From the sequence record OV032902.1: a DNA stretch of 64,000 nt; one strand, written 5' to 3'. The position numbers and the translations under genes were made by a program. Below, piece after piece: positions 37,556-45,603 of the stretch. Below the pieces are notes generated by a model. It saw only the letters and a list, made by a program, of their open reading frames with translations. It did no database searches and was not told the origin of the DNA. Each line of letters opens with the position of its first letter. Position 1 is the first letter of the stretch.

Positions 37556-38022
37556 AGCCGTCACCAGAAAAGCATATTGTTTGCGGTGGCATGACAATAA
37601 AGGGCAAAGAGGATAACAAAGACCAAATCACACTTTCTGGTTTGGAGCCTGGTTACTATGACTTTAACATCGAGATTGACATGTATGCTTTTGTCAATAC
37701 AGCGGGATGGGAAGAAAAGCTCGTCTTTCTGTTCGGGGGAACCGATGTAGTCAATGCCTGCAAAAAGGATGGGCGTAAATCTACAGCTGCTGCTTATATG
37801 AAGTCACATGGCTTAGTTTACGCTTATGAAAAATTCGGGGATGCTGCTACTTCGAAAGGTAAGTCGATTGAAAAGACTTATTACATTTCTGGTACAGTTC
37901 GTGTTGAAGAACACAAACCACTTATTCTAAATATCCGACGCATGTATCGTAACCGCAAGGCAGCATTGAAAGTTGAACAAATACAATGCTACTTTGTAAA
38001 CCATAAGGACTTGGACCTATGA
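37537..38022 (+). CDS. Hypothetical protein
   Basis: 161 aa, overlaps neighbours. Confidence 0.7.
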   Translation: MLDFDIKPSPEKHIVCGGMTIKGKEDNKDQITLSGLEPGYYDFNIEIDMYAFVNTAGWEEKLVFLFGGTDVVNACKKDGRKSTAAAYMKSHGLVYAYEKFGDAATSKGKSIEKTYYISGTVRVEEHKPLILNIRRMYRNRKAALKVEQIQCYFVNHKDLDL

Positions 38023-38465
38023 CTCCCTTAGAGCTTAAAGAAATAAAACACCCTAACGAAGACACTTCTGCGTATCAGAGCATTTGGAGTAAACCAAAAC
38101 TGGTTGACCCTAAAGAACCTCTAGAACTTTCGTTTCCTTTACCTAAGGGAAAAGATAAGTTCGTGTCTGCTAAGATAGCACTTCGTATCAAAGGCAAGAT
38201 TAACAGAGCCGGAATTCAACTAGAGCTCCGTAGTCTTACCGATGCAAACAAAGGCACAATGGCATACCGCACAATCAAAGAACCGGATACCATTGTACTT
38301 ACTCTAACTCTTAACGGTGAACGCAAGGACAAGGAAGCGGTCTTAAAGATCTCTACTATGTTCCAACAGCTTGGCATCTCATATCGCGTTGACGAACTCT
38401 TAATTACTGACAATGAGTTCCGACGCAACTCTGCTGACGATTTCACCGGCTACATTGACGTATAA
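38019..38465 (+). CDS. Hypothetical protein
   Basis: ATGA overlap, 148 aa. Confidence 0.7.
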   Translation: MTPLELKEIKHPNEDTSAYQSIWSKPKLVDPKEPLELSFPLPKGKDKFVSAKIALRIKGKINRAGIQLELRSLTDANKGTMAYRTIKEPDTIVLTLTLNGERKDKEAVLKISTMFQQLGISYRVDELLITDNEFRRNSADDFTGYIDV

Positions 38466-38475
38466 GGAAAGACCA

Positions 38476-38943
38476 ATGCTAGAATCATCTAAGCTACTTA
38501 CTAAAGACCAGTACGAGCGAAAGGTATCTGGTTACAAGAAATCCAAGAAGTCTACTCTGTCTAAATCAATCACAGTAGATCTTCCTGCTTGGTTCCGTGC
38601 ATACTATCAGGTTTCACCTAGCTGCACATCTATTTTGGTTACCGCTCCTAACGAATCTAACTTTACCAAGTTCCCAAAAGTCAACGGCGACATTGCATAC
38701 ATGCAACTGGGCGGTAAAGTAGTTTACGTTCCTTTCGACCCTAAGAAGCCAGATGTGGTTCCGGGCATGCATTTTGAATTCAATGTTCCTGACCGTGTTC
38801 GCAAGACAGCTTCTCTAGGCGAAGAGCGTGTTGACTGGGAGCAAGTCCTAGTTGAAATGGCTGAGCGCGAATGCTCATATAAGGAAACCCCGGAATACCG
38901 TGGTTATGTTGAAATGATTTCAGGTAAGAACGATGCATCATAA
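38476..38943 (+). CDS. Hypothetical protein
   Basis: TAAGGA RBS before ATG 38476. Confidence 0.7.
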   Translation: MLESSKLLTKDQYERKVSGYKKSKKSTLSKSITVDLPAWFRAYYQVSPSCTSILVTAPNESNFTKFPKVNGDIAYMQLGGKVVYVPFDPKKPDVVPGMHFEFNVPDRVRKTASLGEERVDWEQVLVEMAERECSYKETPEYRGYVEMISGKNDAS

Positions 38944-39865
38944 ACCATACACAGGCTGGCACGACGGCCTTAAACTAATCGTGGAACAAGGTCACTGGGA
39001 AATTAACGAGCGTACTGGCAAACAGTGTCGCGCTATCTGGGGTCTAGATACATCGATTGATGTTGGTGCTGGCATCTTCCCATTGGAAACAACACGTGCT
39101 TGTGGTAAGCGTTTATGGATGACAGCGATCAAAGAGATCATCGGTTACATCCGTGGCTATCGTAACTCACAGTTGTTCGACGACATGGGCTGTCCTACTT
39201 GGGATGCTAATGCAAACAAGAACGAAGCATGGTTGAATAACCCACTTCGTAAAGGTCACGGTGACATGGGTCAGGCTTACCTTTTCCGTCCTCGTGGTTA
39301 TGTGCCAATGATTCTTCGCAATGAAGACGACCCAATGGAAGTCAAAGCTGCTTATGAAGGTGAAGGCAAAGACATGGTTCGCCATATCTACGAAAGCCTT
39401 AAGCAAGGCAAAGACGATCGTGGTCTTATTGCTACGGCTTGGAATGTAGATAGTTTCTCTGAGTCTTGTCTGCGTCCTTGTATGCACACCTGGGCGTTTT
39501 CACTGATCAATGGCACACTTAATGCCCGTACGTTCCAACGTTCAAATGACTGGCTTCTAGGTGGCGTATTCAATGAAGTACAATCATACTTCTTGTTAGC
39601 TATCATGGCGCACATCACCAATCAGAAACCTGGCGTGGTTCGTCATCATTCTGACAACTGTCATATCTACGAAGATCAATGGGAAATCCTAATGGAACAC
39701 AAGCAACACGAACGTGAACCATTACCGGCTCCTACTTTATGGATTTCTCCTGAGATTGATTCTCTAGAGAAACTAGAAACTTTCGACATGGATAAGTTCG
39801 AAGACTACTTCAAAGTAGAAGGCTACCAAGGCCATCCTTCAATCATGTATCCTATGACTGCTTAA
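38933..39865 (+). CDS. thyA: Thymidylate synthase (Vibrionaceae/Pasteurellaceae-type ThyA)
   Basis: NERTGK.C, FPL.TTR, GYIRGY, TWDANAN.N.AWLNNP.RKG..DMG, DDRG, CLRPCM, QRS.D..LG..FN, HIYEDQ. Confidence 0.95.
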   Translation: MHHKPYTGWHDGLKLIVEQGHWEINERTGKQCRAIWGLDTSIDVGAGIFPLETTRACGKRLWMTAIKEIIGYIRGYRNSQLFDDMGCPTWDANANKNEAWLNNPLRKGHGDMGQAYLFRPRGYVPMILRNEDDPMEVKAAYEGEGKDMVRHIYESLKQGKDDRGLIATAWNVDSFSESCLRPCMHTWAFSLINGTLNARTFQRSNDWLLGGVFNEVQSYFLLAIMAHITNQKPGVVRHHSDNCHIYEDQWEILMEHKQHEREPLPAPTLWISPEIDSLEKLETFDMDKFEDYFKVEGYQGHPSIMYPMTA

Positions 39866-39867
39866 TC

Positions 39868-39897
39868 ACAACGTCCTCCTTCGGGAGGACATTGTTT
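39868..39897 (+). terminator. Terminator
   Basis: GTCCTCC-TTCG-GGAGGAC with short T-rich tail. Confidence 0.6.
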
Positions 39898-39914
39898 CGC
39901 TCGGAGTAATTATT

Positions 39915-40526
39915 ATGTCAACAGCAATTCAACGTCGCATTAATGCATACGCAGGTTTAGTTCGTAGCAAGCAACGCTACATCGTAGACGCACTGGCGGA
40001 CTTGTCACATCGCTTCATTGTGGATGACAATGACTTCACTCTTCAGTTTGTTGTAGGTCGCATCTACAACGACGAGACATTTGCTTTCATTGATCAATTA
40101 GAAGAGTTGTCTGCACATCCTTCTGTGGAAGTAGAAGTAGATAAAGGCTCTGGCGTTATACTGGCTCGAATGCAGCTGCTTCCTGCGTCTCTCAATCAAA
40201 CAGTTGAGACTCTGCGTGCTAGTGAACCTAATGCAGTTCACTACTTCCGTTTCTACACCGAGTCAACTAAAGATGACGTCGACAAGCATCTTCGTATTCC
40301 TGCTGCCTTTATTAACCGCGTTTGGTTTGACGCAGTTTCTACAGAAGAAGGTGAACTTACGAAAGACTTTGGCTTCTTCGATTTTGGCGTAGGCTCTATG
40401 GAGTTCTACATGGGCGTAGAAGATGAAACAGATGAAAACATCTATATCGACTACGGTCAAGCACTGGCTAATGCTGATGACGTTATGGATACGTTAGCAG
40501 TAACTACTCCAACGACATTGCAATAA
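39915..40526 (+). CDS. Hypothetical acidic protein
   Basis: GGAG RBS, 203 aa. Confidence 0.75.
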   Translation: MSTAIQRRINAYAGLVRSKQRYIVDALADLSHRFIVDDNDFTLQFVVGRIYNDETFAFIDQLEELSAHPSVEVEVDKGSGVILARMQLLPASLNQTVETLRASEPNAVHYFRFYTESTKDDVDKHLRIPAAFINRVWFDAVSTEEGELTKDFGFFDFGVGSMEFYMGVEDETDENIYIDYGQALANADDVMDTLAVTTPTTLQ

Positions 40527-40535
40527 GGAAAGACA

Positions 40536-41009
40536 ATGCAATTCAATACACTTCAAGATTATGCTCGCCGTTTCTTCTTTGAACAACAGCAAGCAAAGAA
40601 TGTCCTTCAGTGGGCACTTGATGAAAACAAAGGCGATACCATTGCTATTCGCTTCTTGGTCGGTCAAGGGACAAGCGACTTCTTTGACACCTTGGTTCAA
40701 CCACATGCTTTAAAAGTAGAATACAATAGCGACTTAATGTTTACGACTATTACTGTTCCTAATCAAGTCGTTGCTGATCTTCTTGAAAAGAAGCATGCAT
40801 GGAACGAGCCTCTGTACTTTGGTGCACGTGGCGGTAACCCTTTAATGCTGGCTACCATCAATGCGGTTGGTTATCATCCCGATAAGTCTTCTACTGGCAT
40901 GCAGGTATTCATGACACCTAGTGCTCTGACTCAGTACAAGACCACTGACTTTGGTGACGTTACTCTTGCACAATTGTTAGAACGTTACGAAATAACATAC
41001 AGACTATAA
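40536..41009 (+). CDS. Hypothetical protein
   Basis: TAAGGA RBS, 157 aa. Confidence 0.75.
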   Translation: MQFNTLQDYARRFFFEQQQAKNVLQWALDENKGDTIAIRFLVGQGTSDFFDTLVQPHALKVEYNSDLMFTTITVPNQVVADLLEKKHAWNEPLYFGARGGNPLMLATINAVGYHPDKSSTGMQVFMTPSALTQYKTTDFGDVTLAQLLERYEITYRL

Positions 41010-41018
41010 ATAAGATAA

Positions 41019-41040
41019 CCTGTCTCCCTAGGGAGACAGG
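41019..41040. terminator. Bidirectional terminator (perfect 22-bp palindrome)
   Basis: CCTGTCTCCCTAGGGAGACAGG between convergent genes. Confidence 0.75.
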
Positions 41041-41047
41041 CATCTAT

Positions 41048-41245
41048 TTAAAAGTCAAATTCGTCAAGTAAGTCTGCTTCTTCAAGAACCACGATCTGAT
41101 TCTTAACGTCAGCTATATCTTTACGATAAGCATGATAATCATTTTCGCCATCTTCTAGAAGAAGACAAGCTAGAGCTTTATCTGTTAAGCTCTCTAAATA
41201 TGTCTGTAGTTCAGCCAACGACATTTCTTTTATATTCGGTTCCAT
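41048..41245 (-). CDS. Small acidic protein (65 aa), lone reverse-strand gene
   Basis: GAGG RBS; 17 D/E vs 5 K/R; ends ADLLDEFDF. Confidence 0.7.
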   Translation of the reverse strand: MEPNIKEMSLAELQTYLESLTDKALACLLLEDGENDYHAYRKDIADVKNQIVVLEEADLLDEFDF

Positions 41246-41295
41246 TTTACAGGCCTCAGTAATTTTTTAGTCATAAAATTTAGTGGAATAGTAAA

Positions 41296-41730
41296 ATGAA
41301 AATTCTATTTAACAAGTGTCATGAGAAGGACGCTTGCATAGTGTCATGTGTCTCTATGATACTTGACAAGAATCCCGAGCATGTGTTTGCGGAGATCTAT
41401 AAGACATACGTTTCACTAAGAGACGCGGATGAGGAAAAGACTTTCCTTAAAAGCTACATTGAAATGCATGGACTTTCTTGTACGTACGAATTACCCCATG
41501 AACTAGACGAGGGTCTTTATCTTGCTGTTATCTCAACACGCAGCGGAGGTTGGCACGCAGTACTAGTTAGTATCTATAAGGGAGAACTCAAAGTAGTTGA
41601 CCCTGACATGATCACACAACGAACCTTTTACGGCTTTGATGCCCAGGCTTATACCCCGCGTGGTTTCTATCCTGTTCTAAAAATAGACTGGGACGACTAC
41701 GCAAACTTTCACGGAGATAAAGTATTATGA
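41296..41730 (+). CDS. Peptidase C39-like (papain-fold) protein
   Basis: DACIVSCVSMIL (Cys), WHAVLV (His), VVDP (Asp). Confidence 0.6.
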   Translation: MKILFNKCHEKDACIVSCVSMILDKNPEHVFAEIYKTYVSLRDADEEKTFLKSYIEMHGLSCTYELPHELDEGLYLAVISTRSGGWHAVLVSIYKGELKVVDPDMITQRTFYGFDAQAYTPRGFYPVLKIDWDDYANFHGDKVL

Positions 41731-42473
41731 TCGATTATCAAGATCACATCGAAATCGCACCTTTCTTTCAAGTAGCTGGTTTGAATAGTAAGGAAGAACG
41801 CATTGGCTATCTTCCTACGCAGATTCGTTGCTTCATCGAAGAAGCTGAAGAAATCGGAGCTACTCTTGACAAGACCTTCGAGTCAACAGGAGAGTTACTT
41901 GAGAATATCGCAGATGATGTGGGCGATACACTATTCTCTGGTGCTGGCGTTATCTACATGCTTTGCGGTGAGTATCCAGAAGATGACCCTTACGAATACA
42001 TTGACGAGTTGTTTGACTTGACAATGAAGTCTGACCCAGAAGTGGATAGCTGTTACTTTATCATCAAGAACGAGATTAAAAACCTCAAGCATTTCTTGGC
42101 GACAAACAAACGCAAGAAGAAACCTTCTTGGTCAGAGAAAGCTATCGTGTCTTCTGTACAGCGCATCATCATGAATGCGATCATCATCGCCCGTTTGTAT
42201 AAGGTAGATGACGAACATGCGTTACAAGTCGTTACAGCTTCAAATTTCGACAAGTTCGACTACACACAAGACGAAGCATTCAAGACTCAAGTAAAATACG
42301 CAAACATGGGTCTAGACACGGCTGTCTTTAAACATCATGTTGACGGAGATCATCCTTTAACTGTTTTCACTAACCGTATCAACAGTGACCAGAAAGTCGG
42401 AGATAAGGTTTATCCTCATCGCAAGATTATGAAGTCACATACATGGGGCGAACCTAAGTTCGGTTATTTGTAA
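41727..42473 (+). CDS. MazG-like / all-alpha NTP pyrophosphohydrolase
   Basis: IEEAEE..., DDVGDTLF, V.ASNFDK, KIMKS.TW.EP. Confidence 0.7.
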   Translation: MIDYQDHIEIAPFFQVAGLNSKEERIGYLPTQIRCFIEEAEEIGATLDKTFESTGELLENIADDVGDTLFSGAGVIYMLCGEYPEDDPYEYIDELFDLTMKSDPEVDSCYFIIKNEIKNLKHFLATNKRKKKPSWSEKAIVSSVQRIIMNAIIIARLYKVDDEHALQVVTASNFDKFDYTQDEAFKTQVKYANMGLDTAVFKHHVDGDHPLTVFTNRINSDQKVGDKVYPHRKIMKSHTWGEPKFGYL

Positions 42474-42511
42474 CACGCAAACGGAATCCTGTAGATTATA
42501 GGAGAACCATC

Positions 42512-43051
42512 ATGCAAGAAAAGAAACACGACCCTGTACTGCGTGACGGAAAAGGCAAACCTGCTATGTTTAAAGTTACTGAACAAAAGAAGTATAAGAC
42601 TTCTGAAAAAGTTCAGCAAACTCCACAGGTAAAGCCTATGGCACCAGTTAACAGTGATTGGTTAAAGAAGATAAGTCTTCAGCCAACAGACCAAGACTTG
42701 GACCGTTTTCTTAATTGCGTTGTTGAACATCTTAATGTTGCTAAGGGCATCGCGCATAAGCGTTGTCCTTTCTTCGTTAAGATTAACAGCGGTGCAGCTA
42801 AGAGTACTTACGGCATTTGTATTGGTAAGTATTACAACATGCGTGAAGTATGGCATTATCGCGTACTGACATTTAGTCAGAATGCGAAAGACGCAAGCTT
42901 GGATGCTGTGCGTACCAATGACTACGAAGCGTATGTCCTAACTCCTGTCGAGGAAGATATTTTAACAACACATCAACGCGACATGTTAGTTAAGATTCGT
43001 AAACTCGACCGAACCATTAACCCCAAACCTGGTGAAGTAGACCAGTTTTAG
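42512..43051 (+). CDS. Hypothetical basic protein
   Basis: AGGAG RBS, 179 aa. Confidence 0.75.
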   Translation: MQEKKHDPVLRDGKGKPAMFKVTEQKKYKTSEKVQQTPQVKPMAPVNSDWLKKISLQPTDQDLDRFLNCVVEHLNVAKGIAHKRCPFFVKINSGAAKSTYGICIGKYYNMREVWHYRVLTFSQNAKDASLDAVRTNDYEAYVLTPVEEDILTTHQRDMLVKIRKLDRTINPKPGEVDQF

Positions 43052-43059
43052 GAGATAAG

Positions 43060-43587
43060 ATGCTACGATTTAAGAAGCCTTTTGAATTGGCTCAAATCGA
43101 AAACGGCACCGTGCATGATATAAGCGGCTGGATTATCGAAGGAAGCGATAACGTTTACATTCGATATGTGGGCTGCTTTTATCATCCATATCAGCCAGAG
43201 GTAGAAACCGAAGAAGTCCCACAAGAAGATGTTAACGTAGGTTTAATCTTCTATGCCGTTAAGAACGGCGCGGCTAGTCTTCGTGTTTACACTAAAGGCT
43301 CGGAAGTCGATATTTATACTCGTCCTATGGTTGGTGATGCACTGATTGAAATCGATGAAGATTTATTTGACCGTCGATTCGCAGTTATCATTAAAGACCA
43401 CAAGTACGAATACTTTGACCAAGATGATGGTGAATCCCTAGCGAGTGCATTGGCAGATGCTTACTTCCCAGTGGATGAAGCTGTTATGACTCTAGGTCAG
43501 TTTAAAGCTCAGCCTACATATGCTCAGCTTACTTACTTTTTAACCAATGCCGAAGAACTCGGCTACGACTATATAAAAATAATCTAG
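43060..43587 (+). CDS. Hypothetical acidic protein
   Basis: AGGAG RBS, 175 aa. Confidence 0.75.
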   Translation: MLRFKKPFELAQIENGTVHDISGWIIEGSDNVYIRYVGCFYHPYQPEVETEEVPQEDVNVGLIFYAVKNGAASLRVYTKGSEVDIYTRPMVGDALIEIDEDLFDRRFAVIIKDHKYEYFDQDDGESLASALADAYFPVDEAVMTLGQFKAQPTYAQLTYFLTNAEELGYDYIKII

Positions 43588-43597
43588 GAGAACTATC

Positions 43598-44446
43598 ATG
43601 ACTCGCATGGTAACAGAGGCAGTACTTAATCTAATCGGCTTGGACCCAGAAAACGTTTCTCTTCTGGCCGAACAAAAGATTATCCCATGTACTGTAGAAG
43701 AATTCCGCGGTATCACAATCCAAGACGAAAACTTCCGTAACTTCAATACGCTAGAGTGGAATGAAGACGATACAGTTAAGTCTTGGTACTTTGGTGACAT
43801 GTTAATGAGTGTCACAAGCTACGATAAAGAAACTGGTTGGGTAACTGAATCTCCTGCTGGTACTAACCTTGGTCGTCGTGACAAGTTTACGACTGCTGGT
43901 GCTCAGTACTACACAGAGATTTACACTGACAAAGAAACAGTTGCTATCTTTAAAGTAGAGTTTAACGAACATGGTGTACCTGTAGAAATTGCACGCCGCC
44001 ATGTTAACGTAGAACGCATTGGTGGTTCTGATGATGAACCTGAACTAAAACTAAACGCTGGTCACCAATCAGTAGAATACAACAAGCTAGATAAAACTGG
44101 CAAGTTCATTCTACGTCGTGTTGATGCAGAAGGCGAAGTACTTGAAACATTTGAGTACGACGAAGACGACCGCATCAAGCACATCACTAATGGCATTAAC
44201 CATACCGAGTTCGAATATACTGAGTACGGTCATGTTAAGTGCGTAACAAGTTGGATTAGTGGCGAAGGTGTTCTTGAAATGAAAACTCAAGAAACAGATG
44301 ACCAACGTGAAATCAGCAACGTAAGCATTGAATACAATCTAGAAATCCCTGGACGCATCGAAACAGTATCAGTAGGCCGTGACATCATCATGTCGTTTAC
44401 TTCATACTGGCGTAACAAGAAACAAAAGCTTGCGATTGAGATGTAA
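43598..44446 (+). CDS. Hypothetical beta-rich protein with YD-like repeats
   Basis: AGGAG RBS; SYDKETG, FEYDEDDRI, FEYTEYGHV. Confidence 0.55.
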   Translation: MTRMVTEAVLNLIGLDPENVSLLAEQKIIPCTVEEFRGITIQDENFRNFNTLEWNEDDTVKSWYFGDMLMSVTSYDKETGWVTESPAGTNLGRRDKFTTAGAQYYTEIYTDKETVAIFKVEFNEHGVPVEIARRHVNVERIGGSDDEPELKLNAGHQSVEYNKLDKTGKFILRRVDAEGEVLETFEYDEDDRIKHITNGINHTEFEYTEYGHVKCVTSWISGEGVLEMKTQETDDQREISNVSIEYNLEIPGRIETVSVGRDIIMSFTSYWRNKKQKLAIEM

Positions 44447-44449
44447 GTA

Positions 44450-44464
44450 ATACTGCCTTTGGAA
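44450..44464 (+). repeat. 15-bp direct repeat, copy 1 (ATACTGCCTTTGGAA)
   Basis: Exact match at 45004-45018. Confidence 0.8.
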
Positions 44465-44481
44465 GAAATTAATTCCTTCAC

Positions 44482-44532
44482 CCGTGTCCCTTCGTGGGAC
44501 ACGGTATTTTATCTTCTTTATTTTTTTTTTTT
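44482..44532 (+). terminator. Terminator (plus strand)
   Basis: CCGTGTCCC-TTCGT-GGGACACGG then a long T tract. Confidence 0.8.
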
Positions 44533-44541
44533 GCTTTGACG

Positions 44542-44570
44542 AAAATAATAACCCTCCCGAAGGAGGGCTA
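44542..44570 (-). terminator. Terminator (minus strand)
   Basis: Minus strand TAGCCCTCC-TTCG-GGAGGGTTA-TTATTTT. Confidence 0.75.
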
Positions 44571-44579
44571 CTAACTTCT

Positions 44580-44990
44580 TTAGATAGGCTTAAGATGATT
44601 GGCATCTTCCGTGGGTTCAACAGCTTTAGCTGCTTCCATGATGCGCTCATAAAAGAAAACATCCGAACACTGATCAATCTGAAGTACGGCACTAATGGCC
44701 CAGATTACTTCGATAGACATATGAGTCTGACCGACAAAACTCATGTCCACTTCATGGAACATGTAGTCAGAGTCAACATATTCTTGAATCAAATCAATTA
44801 AAAGCTCTACAGCTTGTTCAGCACTAGTCAGAACTCGGTATTGTGCCAAAGCACAACCGATGCTGTATGAATGGTTAGCCAACCAGGTAAGGCCTATTTC
44901 TTCTTGACCACAAACTGCATAAGAAGCCGCAATCTCTTGTGCGCGTTCGTCATCTGTGAAGATATTTGAATATACGATTGTTTCAATCAT
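44580..44990 (-). CDS. Hypothetical acidic protein
   Basis: GAGG RBS, own terminator, 136 aa. Confidence 0.7.
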   Translation of the reverse strand: MIETIVYSNIFTDDERAQEIAASYAVCGQEEIGLTWLANHSYSIGCALAQYRVLTSAEQAVELLIDLIQEYVDSDYMFHEVDMSFVGQTHMSIEVIWAISAVLQIDQCSDVFFYERIMEAAKAVEPTEDANHLKPI

Positions 44991-45003
44991 ATTAATCCCT
45001 CAG

Positions 45004-45018
45004 ATACTGCCTTTGGAA
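45004..45018 (+). repeat. 15-bp direct repeat, copy 2 (ATACTGCCTTTGGAA)
   Basis: Exact match at 44450-44464. Confidence 0.8.
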
Positions 45019-45112
45019 ATAGATACTTTATGGAGGGTTGTTTATTTATGGTTTACCTCTCCACAGGATTCGCCCTAAAGGCTTTAAAACTAAAAGACGA
45101 GTAATGTATCGA

Positions 45113-45152
45113 ATAAAAGAATAAGACCCCCTCCCTTGCGGGAGAGGGCTTA
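45113..45152 (-). terminator. Terminator of the tail operon
   Basis: Minus-strand GC-rich stem with GCAA loop then TCTTATTCTTTT. Confidence 0.7.
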
Positions 45153-45162
45153 TTAGGTTTAC

Positions 45163-45594
45163 TTAAGGTGCTGCGTGTGTAGCTGTCATCAGATACAAGT
45201 CGTATGGGGTTGTCAAACGTGCTAACTTTAACTTCTTCCCAGTAGCCGCTTCAAAGACCTGACGTCCTAATTCACTGCAAAAGAAGTCGTTATCATTTTG
45301 CATCTTAATGCCGAGGATAAAACCAACAAGAGCTTTATAGTCGTAACGGCGACCATAAATGTTATTCGCAGCCAAACGGGCTTTGTAATACTTGTCGTTC
45401 TCTACCTCAATGGTAACAGAGTAAACAGGTTTACGTTTTAGTTCTCGACGAGCCATCTTAATGTTACCTTTGAAGGTATCACTTTCGAAGTACATGCCGT
45501 CATCAAACTCTACTCCTACATGAGTAACCGGAGTACCAAAACGAATTTTGATAAGTGGGCTTCCTGAGAAGTAATGAAAGATGATCTTTTTCAC
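45163..45594 (-). CDS. Permuted papain-like amidase (YiiX/YaeF-type, NlpC/P60 superfamily)
   Basis: N-terminal THVGV (His), YGRRYDY, C-terminal FFCSEL (Cys), TTPYDL; GTG start with AAGGAG. Confidence 0.8.
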   Translation of the reverse strand: MKKIIFHYFSGSPLIKIRFGTPVTHVGVEFDDGMYFESDTFKGNIKMARRELKRKPVYSVTIEVENDKYYKARLAANNIYGRRYDYKALVGFILGIKMQNDNDFFCSELGRQVFEAATGKKLKLARLTTPYDLYLMTATHAAP

Positions 45595-45603
45595 GAGGAC
45601 TCC

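Noticed and set aside
38933-39865. ThyA-like DNA hypermodification enzyme (dCMP hydroxymethylase)
   Set aside because: Asn retained at the specificity position; no glycosyltransferase or modification cluster nearby
45048-45104. 18-aa ORF MVYLSTGFALKALKLKDE with upstream GGAGG
   Set aside because: Too short to support, RBS spacing is long, and it lies in an AT-rich terminator region; needs ribosome profiling
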